IMG/VR virus record: IMGVR_UViG_3300037312_000757
DNA from: a virus
Lineage: Duplodnaviria > Heunggongvirae > Uroviricota > Caudoviricetes
DNA: 64,000 bases
Direction: 5' to 3' (one strand)
Shown here: piece by piece, positions 37,757 through 47,300 of the stretch
Layout: every line of letters starts with the position of its first letter
Position numbering within the stretch: position 1 is the stretch's first letter
Notes under the pieces: generated by a model
Told to the model about the DNA's origin: nothing
Database searches by the model: none
What the model saw: the letters and a program-made list of their open reading frames with translations, nothing else
Program-made: the position numbers and the translations under genes

Positions 37757-38019
37757 CTACACGACAATGTGACGGACGATGCGGTAATGATTCCAGGCAC
37801 ATTCACCCACCAGCTCTTTGCCGCCAGTGACAACTGCCATCGCTTGGCTGAACCAGCAGTCGCGTATCTGGTTGACCGTCATCGATTCCATGCCAAAACT
37901 GGCAAGATGCGCCGCGTTGGTTTTGAGAAACGTTTCAACCTTCTGTGCCTCGACTTGCGACAAGATGCAGAAGCGTTGATACCCGTCCTTTACGATCGTG
38001 ACTACTGTGACGTCCTGCA
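37757..38019 (-). CDS. Hypothetical protein
   Basis: MQDVTVV..., coupled to the upstream stop; start coordinate approximate. Confidence 0.45.
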
Positions 38020-38223
38020 TTACATCAGCCCTCGGATGCTTGCGGCACGGAGGCGGTCGAGCCGGTCCATCGCCCGCAGTACCGTACAACCAGCAGCAAT
38101 AACAGCCGCGTCGTGCAGATCTGGATTCGCACCGGCCGTCATCACAACCCCTAAGTCAACGAGGTTGCTGAGAAACGACAGGTACGAGATGTCGTCCATC
38201 ATTTGTTGATCGAGGTTATCCAT
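38020..38223 (-). CDS. Early hypothetical protein
   Basis: Start at 38223 after AGGAG; leader motif ATGGTAGACAAC at 38235-38246. Confidence 0.55.
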   Translation of the reverse strand: MDNLDQQMMDDISYLSFLSNLVDLGVVMTAGANPDLHDAAVIAAGCTVLRAMDRLDRLRAASIRGLM

Positions 38224-38277
38224 TCGGTTCTCCTGTTGTCTACCATATTCACATGGTAGCTTCAACTGGCAAATGAA

Positions 38278-39840
38278 TCAAGCCTTGCTGTCATCCTCGA
38301 CCATATCAAGCACGCGTTTGATTGCTGATGGTGTAACTGGCTTAGTCAGATGGTCATCGAAACCTGTGCTCAGCGAGCGCTGTCTCGCTTCTTCGCCACC
38401 AAAACCTGTCATTGCTGATATAACTGTGTGCGCAAGCTCGGGCATGTTTTTCAAGTACTCACGCACTTGAAAACCGTCTAAACCCGGCATAGCCAAGTCT
38501 AACAGAACTATGTCAGGTATAAAGGCTTTTGCGACAGCAATAGCAGTCCTGCCATCATATACAGCCCGCGTCTCATGCCCCATCATACCCAAGTAAAGAG
38601 CCATGCTGTCAGCCGAGTCCTTGCTGTCATCGACAACTAAGACCTTGTAGACAGGATGCTCTGAGACCTTACCGTTGCTATCTACAAAGGGGCCAGCAGC
38701 TTTTGGAATGTACTTAGGTAAGCGGATAGTGAACGTACTACCACGGCCCCTGCCAGGGCTCATTGCGTCAATAGCACCACCATGCATTTCAACTAGCGAT
38801 CGGCACAACGTAAGACCAATCCCCAGACCACTTTCACTTGGATTGATCTGAGCGTCTTCTTGCACGAATAGGTTGAATATTTCTTTCAACGCATCGACAG
38901 TCATACCACGCCCGTTATCAGTCACTTTGATGATAATACTACGCTCATCATCGTGTACAGTCAGGATGATATGACCCCCGTTTGCGGTGAATTTGCTTGC
39001 ATTATTGAGCAAATTGCTGATAACCTGAACCAATCGCGTCAGGTCACCATTAACAATGAAGTCACGCTCAGGCACGTCAACGTCGAATTGCTGTCCTTTT
39101 GCGCTAAAGTAATGACGTGTGGATTCGACGCTTCGTGCAACAGCTTCACGCACGTCAAGCACCTTGCGGTTCAACGTAATTTTGCCGGTAGTGATGCGAC
39201 CTACATCAAGCAAATCATCGACCAATCGCGTCATGTGCGAGAGTTGACGGTCGATTATATCACGACAGTTTCGAGTCGTTTGAGACAACGACGGCTCGAT
39301 TTGCATGATACTGATTGCATTACGTATTGGTGCTAAGGGGTTGCGCAGCTCGTGCGCGAGCATGGCGAGAAACTCGTTCATGCGAGCACCAGAAGCCTCG
39401 AGCTCTTCGAGGCGTTTTCGCTCACTCATGTCGCGTTCGATCTTCGCATAGCCCACCAACTCACGCTGGGAGTTGTGAATGGCGGTTATTGTTATCCCGG
39501 CCCAGAACATGGTACCATCACTTCTGACGCGCCACCCCTCGTCAGTAAAATAGCCCGTTTCAGCGGCTATTTTCAATTCATGTTCGGGCCACCCATCTTT
39601 TACATCGGTACTAGTGAAGAAAACTGAGAAATGCTTGCCGATAATCTCATCGGAGGTGTAACCGTTAATCTTCTGAGCACCGGCATTCCACGATGACACT
39701 ATGCCATCAGCATCTAGCATGAAGATTGCATACTCTTCAACAGTTTCCACAAGTAACCGATAACGATCTTCTAACGGTACTTGCATAACTTCTTGATTTA
39801 CTTCAGTGGGCGAGTTCTCGCGCTTGTCGGGAATCTCCAT
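38278..39840 (-). CDS. Hybrid sensor histidine kinase (PAS-HisKA-HATPase-REC)
   Basis: PAS (SWNAGAQKINGY), H-box LAHELRNPL, N-box NLLNNASKF, DNGRG, GLGIGL; receiver VVDD...LLDLAMP...KP. Confidence 0.95.
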   Translation of the reverse strand: MEIPDKRENSPTEVNQEVMQVPLEDRYRLLVETVEEYAIFMLDADGIVSSWNAGAQKINGYTSDEIIGKHFSVFFTSTDVKDGWPEHELKIAAETGYFTDEGWRVRSDGTMFWAGITITAIHNSQRELVGYAKIERDMSERKRLEELEASGARMNEFLAMLAHELRNPLAPIRNAISIMQIEPSLSQTTRNCRDIIDRQLSHMTRLVDDLLDVGRITTGKITLNRKVLDVREAVARSVESTRHYFSAKGQQFDVDVPERDFIVNGDLTRLVQVISNLLNNASKFTANGGHIILTVHDDERSIIIKVTDNGRGMTVDALKEIFNLFVQEDAQINPSESGLGIGLTLCRSLVEMHGGAIDAMSPGRGRGSTFTIRLPKYIPKAAGPFVDSNGKVSEHPVYKVLVVDDSKDSADSMALYLGMMGHETRAVYDGRTAIAVAKAFIPDIVLLDLAMPGLDGFQVREYLKNMPELAHTVISAMTGFGGEEARQRSLSTGFDDHLTKPVTPSAIKRVLDMVEDDSKA

Positions 39841-39944
39841 CAGAGGCCCTCAGTAGCTATTCTTTTACAAAATAACACCGAATGCATTTTAACAGCGTAC
39901 CAAATGAGTGTGCCTTGCGTAACACTTAGCAACAAAAAGCACGG

Positions 39945-40367
39945 TTATGCGTCCTGCTTAATGGAGTAGATGTGCTCAGTGAACAAGAGCTTGAGTTGCA
40001 CCGCAACAGCAAAATCATCTATGGTAAAAGCGGTGAACAACGGTTCGAGATCCTGGTTTGTATCGCCAACCTCGTACCTATACCACCCTTTTCCTTTGTA
40101 CTCCTTAATTACTGACCAACCATAATCAAGTGCGCCATATTCCTCTTTCATCAGCTCACGATTGAAATGATTATTGAGTGCGCGGTAGACGGCTTTGTCA
40201 GTATGTTCGTATTCTAATGCATAACTGGTGAAAATAACGGTGTTTCCAACCATGTATTTCAAGGTACGCTCGTGCGTTTCCGGGCTAATTGACGATATTA
40301 GCCATTGCATGATTTCATCGACTACTTCATAGCTGCTGAAGCCGTCTATAATGATTTGATATGCCAT
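39945..40367 (-). CDS. Small paralog family member
   Basis: QWLISSI...GKGW...DDFAVAVQLKL. Confidence 0.7.
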   Translation of the reverse strand: MAYQIIIDGFSSYEVVDEIMQWLISSISPETHERTLKYMVGNTVIFTSYALEYEHTDKAVYRALNNHFNRELMKEEYGALDYGWSVIKEYKGKGWYRYEVGDTNQDLEPLFTAFTIDDFAVAVQLKLLFTEHIYSIKQDA

Positions 40368-40754
40368 TTACATGAAACGTAACTTGAAATCCACAGCCAT
40401 AGTGTCATCGTCAATATGAATGGTGAGACGGCGATGAACAGTGGCAGTGAATATTTTGTCCTTTGAACTTGGACCCTTATTCACATAGCAGTTGACCCCC
40501 AGGTTTTCGAACGACCACTTCTTGCCCTTATACGTGACTGTTTCACCAACATATACCGCTGTAGCATAGCTAGGCACCTGATCAAGTAGATCGTACAACG
40601 TCTTGTATTCTACTGTGTCAGTAGCGCTGGAGACATAATACTTCTTGTAGTCGAAGAACGGACCGTGATTCAATTGAAGCCACTCTTCAATGTCCTCAAT
40701 CAGGTTTTCTGTTCGATCTAAGTCTGCACCGTCAAGTTGGAAAGTATGGCCCAT
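40368..40754 (-). CDS. Small paralog family member
   Basis: EWLQLNHG...GKKW...DDTMAVDFKL. Confidence 0.7.
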   Translation of the reverse strand: MGHTFQLDGADLDRTENLIEDIEEWLQLNHGPFFDYKKYYVSSATDTVEYKTLYDLLDQVPSYATAVYVGETVTYKGKKWSFENLGVNCYVNKGPSSKDKIFTATVHRRLTIHIDDDTMAVDFKLRFM

Positions 40755-41118
40755 AAGTAACCTGGCTCAATGTTAATTTTAGTTCTATGGCTAGGTACTT
40801 ATCTTCCACTTCTAGAACGTGACTTGCGATAATGTTTTCGCCATCGATCGAATGCTCATATCGATAGTCCATGCACCAGCCATCTCCACTATAGCGCAAT
40901 GCACGGTAAAAACAATTTACACCACGTTTTTGTGCTTCATTCCTGACCAGTACGACCTTTCGAGTAAAATCAAAATCACAAGCAGGCACGAAAGGCTTTC
41001 CATCAATCAGCCACAAACGCTCGCGCCTGAGTTCAGGAAAGCCTTTCTTAGTGAACCAGTCTATGATTTCGAAAAACTGGTCGCCTTCGAAATCACATGA
41101 GAAGCCTAGCGTATGCAT
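40732..41118 (-). CDS. Small paralog family member
   Basis: DWFTKKG...GDGW...EDKYLAIELKL. Confidence 0.7.
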   Translation of the reverse strand: MHTLGFSCDFEGDQFFEIIDWFTKKGFPELRRERLWLIDGKPFVPACDFDFTRKVVLVRNEAQKRGVNCFYRALRYSGDGWCMDYRYEHSIDGENIIASHVLEVEDKYLAIELKLTLSQVTYGPYFPT

Positions 41119-41429
41119 CGATAATGCAGCGGAAGATGATACGCTACCACGCGTTCAAGCAGCGATTGTTTGGAGTCAGGCGTGTTGGCAACTGAATGAT
41201 TCCAGATCCAAGCACCATTCACTGCGAGGTTCATGGTCGCGATGGTGCGGTTTTTGACTACCACACGCAGGTAGGGCTTCTCTGTGCTCTTGGTGAGGCT
41301 CTGGACAAACCCGCGACGTGCGATTTGCATGGACAGCTCATGCGGCTTGCATCGTTCCGTGCCATGCTCGATGGCCGGAATCACTTGCACGTCAAGCTCA
41401 CCAATTTTGAATGTTTCGGGTTTCATCAT
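41106..41429 (-). CDS. Hypothetical protein
   Basis: ORF with GGGGA RBS. Confidence 0.5.
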   Translation of the reverse strand: MMKPETFKIGELDVQVIPAIEHGTERCKPHELSMQIARRGFVQSLTKSTEKPYLRVVVKNRTIATMNLAVNGAWIWNHSVANTPDSKQSLLERVVAYHLPLHYRCIR

Positions 41430-41483
41430 GTCCCCGCAAATAATGTTTCACTTAGTGTAACACCATCTGAACGGGGATGCTAG

Positions 41484-42026
41484 TTAAGCATGAACGCTGT
41501 GGCGAACGTCGGCAATCTTGCGCCGTGCTGGGCGTTCGGCTGATCCGACACCATCAACAGCGTCTCGTGCTCGCTTCGTGTTTTGCGCAAGTGCATCAGC
41601 GTACTTCATCATCTTGCGATACACAGGCGATTGCTTTGCTTGTTCATCCGGCACAAGCAGAATGGGACGATACTCTTCGACTAGCTTTTGCCAGCCAATG
41701 CTTTTCTTCATGCCCTTCGCACCAAGCGAAATATGCCGATCACGAATCGCGTACTTCACGACCGCAAGCGTCATTTCGACAGGCAAGTTTTCACTAGTCC
41801 ACTCGACAAAGTTGTCGAAGTAGCGCACAAATTCATCAGCTTCTACCTTGCCCTGTTCTGAACGCAGTAGCTCAACCATAATGAGCGCGCTTTTCAGACC
41901 ATCCAGCCGGCGAATACGCATGCCCGTCTTCAGTGTGTCCATAAGACGGTCGTTGAACGAGTACCCCTCAGGCCGATGAGGAGAAGCACCATTTACTAAA
42001 ATGTTGAAGCAGTGATCGATAATCAT
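41484..42026 (-). CDS. Hypothetical protein
   Basis: 180-aa ORF. Confidence 0.6.
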   Translation of the reverse strand: MIIDHCFNILVNGASPHRPEGYSFNDRLMDTLKTGMRIRRLDGLKSALIMVELLRSEQGKVEADEFVRYFDNFVEWTSENLPVEMTLAVVKYAIRDRHISLGAKGMKKSIGWQKLVEEYRPILLVPDEQAKQSPVYRKMMKYADALAQNTKRARDAVDGVGSAERPARRKIADVRHSVHA

Positions 42027-42531
42027 CTCAAGTTGCGCAGCTACGCGCGTTCCTCGTGTAATTAGCGAATTCCTTCCGCGTTACGTTGCCTTCGCGTTGC
42101 ATGCAACTGTACAGACGTTTCATTAACTGTGCAATGCAACAAATGAGCTAAAACCTTCGTCCTGCTTTAGTATTACAAATCTGCAAGCGTTTGCGAGCCG
42201 ACCACTTTTGGCGAAAAAAGCCTTTAAAATCAAGCACTTATGATCCAAATGATCCTTGAATCAACTTCTTGATCTTTGTACGCCTATACAGTGTTGCTAG
42301 AACCATACGAATTTGCTACGTTTTGTAACTGGTTCACCAACTTGCTGAAAACTGTGTGCCTTATGCGAACTGTAAGCTTACCGCTCATTTGATATGTGTG
42401 CGCTACCGCACATAACTTCAAGAGTTGCTACCATACAACATTACACGATTTGCTTTACGATTCAGCATGCTTCCGCCAGTCAGCAAAAGAGCCCCAAGCG
42501 GGGCTCTAGCTGTTCTAGCTACCTACCTAGC

Positions 42532-42768
42532 TTAGACGCTTGTCTTAGCCTTGGCGATATCGTAAAATTTTATGCGATTGACACGGCCGTACTTTGTAAC
42601 AGCACCCTTCAGTGCAAGATTGGTGATGTGCTCGTTTACTGTGTGTGCCTTGACGCCCAGAACTTCGGCGATTTTCGCTTGTGTTGGAGCACGACGCGAT
42701 GAACGTTGCAAGTCGCGCATCGTGCGCAGAACTTCTGATTGACGTGCGGTGAGTGTTGCCTTTGCCAT
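42532..42768 (-). CDS. LexA-like N-terminal winged-HTH DNA-binding protein (no peptidase domain)
   Basis: LTARQSEVL...PTQAKIAEVLGV...VNEHITNLALKG matches the LexA DNA-binding domain pattern; start approximate. Confidence 0.75.
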   Translation of the reverse strand: MAKATLTARQSEVLRTMRDLQRSSRRAPTQAKIAEVLGVKAHTVNEHITNLALKGAVTKYGRVNRIKFYDIAKAKTSV

Positions 42769-43077
42769 AATGATTCCTTTATTGTTGTAATTGTTTAAAT
42801 GAACTACTTTCGGAACTCTGCTATTTGTTAATGTTCCGCAATAGTGCCATTTTGCAACCACAAAGAAATCACGTCAAAATTAATTTATGACATGGCGACA
42901 AGTTTTTTCAGCATCAAGCCTTCAAGATAATCTGTTTCAACTTATCGAACTTCCTTACCATCTCGGCAAAAATACCAGCGCATCTGGGTGAACGCATATG
43001 GACGATATTCTAGCGTGTTACGGTAACCCAGTTCATCAACACCGAGATCGACTACTGTGGGCATATCCTTCTCACCC

Positions 43078-43707
43078 TTACGCTTCTTGCTCATCCTCAG
43101 CTCCAACAAATACACCGTTCACATATTCGTAGATGACTGGCATAGAATTCTTCGCGTCAAGGAACGGCATTTTTACAGCAGAACCAACTGCGATATGTGA
43201 CATGAGCGCACGCATCACATAAAAGTGATTGACGCACAGCACGTTCTTGTCTTCTTCAAGATAAGGAACAATCAGTTGGTCAAACAGCGCCGAAGCTCGG
43301 TCGTACACTTGCTGTTGTGTTTCACCCAGAGCTGGATCACCAGGTACTGTATCCAGATGATCGTCCCAGCCTTGAATGACGCCACCACCATACATTTCCT
43401 TCAATGTACTTGATGGCACGTACTTTGTGAATCCGTATTGGCGTTCACGGAAGTCGTGAAACTGATGCAATTCAATTGGTGGGTGATTGGCACCACTCAG
43501 AAATGTCGCAGCAGTCAGGAAGGTGCGTGGATACGTTGAGCAGCAAGCGTAATCGAACACGATGCCGTGCTGCTGAAAGTCGATACCTGCTTGAATCGTG
43601 TCATGCAACCCTTTCTGGGTTAGAAAGTTAGCTTCGTTTGGTGCAGAACGATGGGCTTTTGCATTCGTGTAGCTTTGCCCGTGACGCATGAGAACTAGTT
43701 TTGCCAT
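43078..43707 (-). CDS. Histidine phosphatase / phosphoglycerate mutase family protein
   Basis: LVLMRHGQS, R...T, ERQYG, GE, NVLCVNH. Confidence 0.88.
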   Translation of the reverse strand: MAKLVLMRHGQSYTNAKAHRSAPNEANFLTQKGLHDTIQAGIDFQQHGIVFDYACCSTYPRTFLTAATFLSGANHPPIELHQFHDFRERQYGFTKYVPSSTLKEMYGGGVIQGWDDHLDTVPGDPALGETQQQVYDRASALFDQLIVPYLEEDKNVLCVNHFYVMRALMSHIAVGSAVKMPFLDAKNSMPVIYEYVNGVFVGAEDEQEA

Positions 43708-43888
43708 ATGTATTCCTTTTTATGTGGCAAGTATAAAGCCATTCTGCATACGAATGCAACATTCATAAAGAAAGGCACGGTTTACGTGCCTTTCATTAAA
43801 GCATAAAAAGCGGGTATGCCTTGGCTTGGAGGAGTGAAACAGGCACACCCCGAACGGATGACTCGAGTATCATCCGGAGGAGACGTGG

Positions 43889-44113
43889 TTAGTGACCCTT
43901 AAAAATATTAGGGTCAGCCATTCGATAACCTGATTGCGTAGCGCCCTGTGTACTGGGGCCGTATCCTGTTTGATCTATCGGCGCAGTCTGCGAAGGCTGC
44001 GGCGGCGTGGTTGTTTTGGTGGCGATCGGCGGAGAATAATCATTCTCATGATCACCTTGTTCTGCGAGTGCGGGAACTGCTACCAATGCTGCCACCAAGA
44101 GGACGTATTTCAT
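43889..44113 (-). CDS. Small secreted protein
   Basis: Signal peptide (VPALA), low-complexity Q/T/P/G region, GGAGG RBS. Confidence 0.6.
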   Translation of the reverse strand: MKYVLLVAALVAVPALAEQGDHENDYSPPIATKTTTPPQPSQTAPIDQTGYGPSTQGATQSGYRMADPNIFKGH

Positions 44114-44318
44114 ATGCCCTCCATTTAAGTACAGTTGGGATTCGTTCCGCTATCGAAACGAGACGTAAACGATGGTGAACCGGTCCTTAAAAATGTAGGC
44201 TGGTTTAGTTTAGTGCGTTGCAGGGATTATGCAAGGTAAATTTTGCGCATTACAACATATCAGCAAAATTTACTTTTGCTTGTAGAGCCAGCGGTTCATC
44301 TCCGATGTGAATTGTGCA

Positions 44319-44324
44319 TAAATA
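44319..44324 (+). promoter_or_regulatory. T4-like late promoter core (TAAATA)
   Basis: TAAATA just upstream of the tail fibre RBS; motif recurs before at least 13 genes. Confidence 0.6.
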
Positions 44325-44343
44325 TTCAAAATAGGAGACGGCC

Positions 44344-47300
44344 ATGCCTACAATGTCAAGCGGCAACATCACACCGGGTACGGGAAAGATCACATTCCCG
44401 GACAACAATACACCAACTTCAATCTCGGATTCATCCACTAGCGAATCAGGAACAGATGCATCTGGAAATGCATCCGGAGGGAATGGTTCCGGCTCATTTA
44501 TCAAAAGCGTAACTGGCCACAACATTTCTATCAACAACAGTAGTGCGGTTGGGATTTTGCAGGGTGTGACGACTGGTGAAGATATCAACTTTGCATTCAA
44601 GGCAATTATACCAGGTGATGGTATTCAACTTGCCTCTGATGGCCAGTCAATCACAATTACAGCGACTCACACCGACGATACGTTGGCGCGTGTTGCTTAC
44701 ACTGGTTCATATCAAGATCTGATCGATCTACCAAATCTTGCGAAAGTCGCAACGTCAGGCAACTATCTCGATCTGATTAACCAACCACAATTGTCAACCG
44801 TTGCATTCACTGGTCGGTATACAGATTTGTTGAATCTCCCAACAATTCTGCCACAAGTGAATTCAGACTGGCTCGCGACAACAGGCACAGCCCAAATCCT
44901 CAATAAGCCGATCTTGGCTGCGGTTGCCACATCAGGTGCATACAATGATTTGACTGGCCGCCCAAACCTGGCCACCGTTGCAACCACTGGCTCCTATAAC
45001 GATCTTAGCGATACGCCGCCAATTATTCCACAAGTAAACTCAGACTGGAATGCAACAACAGGTATTGCGAAAATCCTTAACAAACCAAACCTGGCTACGG
45101 TTGCAACCACTGGTTCTTATGCCGATCTAACAAACACACCAGCTCCATACGAACTGCCTATCGCATCAACCACTCAACTGGGTGGCGTGATGCTGAGCAA
45201 TCAATTTGCGGTCGATGAGACTGGCGTCATCACGATTGCTGCTGGTTTTGGTAGTGTGAAGTCTGTTGCGATGGCAATGCCATCAATCTTCTCAGTACAA
45301 GGTTCACCAGTCACATCAACTGGTACTTTGACCGCAGTTCTATTGGGTCAGCCAGCTAATACGGTTTTTGCTGGGCCAGCTTCTGGTTCGGCAGATATTC
45401 CAGCATTCCGCCAGTTGACTGGTGCAGATTTGCCTGCCGCAACAAAGACGAGTTTGGGTACTGTTTACGTTCCTGCAAGTTCTGGTTTGACTATTGGTAC
45501 AGATGGTGCAATTGGCTTCAATGTTAACTCATTGGTAAGCTCAACGACTGGTTACTTCGTTGTTGATTCGCCAGTCTTTAATGGTACTCCAACGGCCGTC
45601 AATACGCCAGCGACAAGCGATAATTCAAATGCATTGGCAACAACTGCATTTGTTAAGAGTGCTCTGACTGCATTCAACCTTCCACCAGCAACAGCAACAT
45701 CTATTGGTGGGGTTATTGTTGCCAACCCAGATTTTTCTGGTTTGACCGTTGATGCAAGTGGTAACTTGGCCGCGAACGTTATTTCGTTCATGGATCGAAC
45801 TGGCAAAGTCAGGGTGCAAGGCTCTGATCTAGTCAACCCAGGTAATGGTCTTTTCATTGTTGATTCGCCAGTGTTTAATGGCACTCCATCAGCAGTCAAC
45901 ACACCAATTATCACTGACAATTCTGGTAATCTGGCGACTACCGCCTTTGTCCACAATCTGGTTAATGCTTCAGGCGTTGCTACATTCAACGGACGTACGG
46001 GCCAAGTAACGTTGGGATGGGGTGATCTTACCCCTCTTGGTGTTGCTCCACTGGACAGCCCAGTGTTCACTGGTAATGCATCAGCAGTAACACAAGCGAA
46101 TGCTGATAGTTCAACATTGTTGGCAACAACTGCATTCGTGCATAACCTAGTTAATGCTTCTGGTGTTGCTACATTCAATGGCCGTAATGGCGTTGTCACG
46201 CTACAAGCTTCAGACTTGGTTGATGGTACTGGGCGATTCCTGCTTCAATCGCCAAACATTGTTGGTACCGCTACTGTAGCAACACCCACAACCGGTGATA
46301 ATTCTAATGCGATTGCAAACACCGCATTCGTTCAGAACACATTGAACAGTGTGGCCGTTACCAGTGTGGCTGGTAAGACCGGCGCAGTGACGTTGGATTA
46401 CACCAACATTAGCGGTGCTGCTCCTATCAACAGCCCAGTGTTTACTGGTTTGCCATCAACTGACGGTGTGACGCCATTCCTTCTTGATCAAATCGATCAT
46501 ACTCTAGCAACAACACAATGGGTCTATGAGGCTTTGTCAAGTGCTCAAACAGTTGATGTTCATACTTGGAACCCAATTCCAGCAAAGTATTACAACTCAC
46601 CAATCTTGAATTTGGTTGGTAACCTTGTAGTAGATACTACGGTGACTTTGCCATCTTCAGGTCGATGGGTAATCGTAAACAACGCGGGGCCAAGCAATCT
46701 GACATTGAGCTGTGGTACTGGTCCAACATTGCAGATGGTTCCAGGTGCGTTCTATGACATCGTTGCTGATGGTGGTATCTACATTGCTGGCCAGATGGGT
46801 GTAACTCGTCCATTCAATGACAATACCACATATTTGGCGACAACTGAATTTGTGCAAACTGCACTGGGTAATCTGCAGACCGGCGTTACATCATTCAATA
46901 CACGTACTGGTATCATCGTTCTGCAACCAAGCGACCTGCAGAAAACGGACGGTAGTGGTGACTTCCTATTGGATTCAGCGTCATTCAAGGGTGTTCCAAC
47001 AGCACCAACAGCCACATTTGGTACGAACACAACGCAAATCGCCACCACACAGTTTGTGACAACTAACTTCGCTCCACTTGCTAGTCCAGCACTGACAGGT
47101 GTGCCAACAGCACCTACACCAGCCCGTGGTGATGATTCTACTACGTTGGCGACTACTCACTTCCTGCAACGCTACATGAGCAGTATTGTGACCGTTGACG
47201 TCTCCGATGTATCTCATGGAACAACGTTCACATTGACACCAGCGCAGTACGGTACTGAGATCATACAGTTTATTGGTGTGATGACTGCTTCAGTCATCAT

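Noticed and set aside
44680-45130. CRISPR-like or DGR-like repeats
   Set aside because: The repeats are in-frame protein repeats with synonymous variation; no constant repeat/unique spacer pattern, no cas gene or reverse transcriptase in the window
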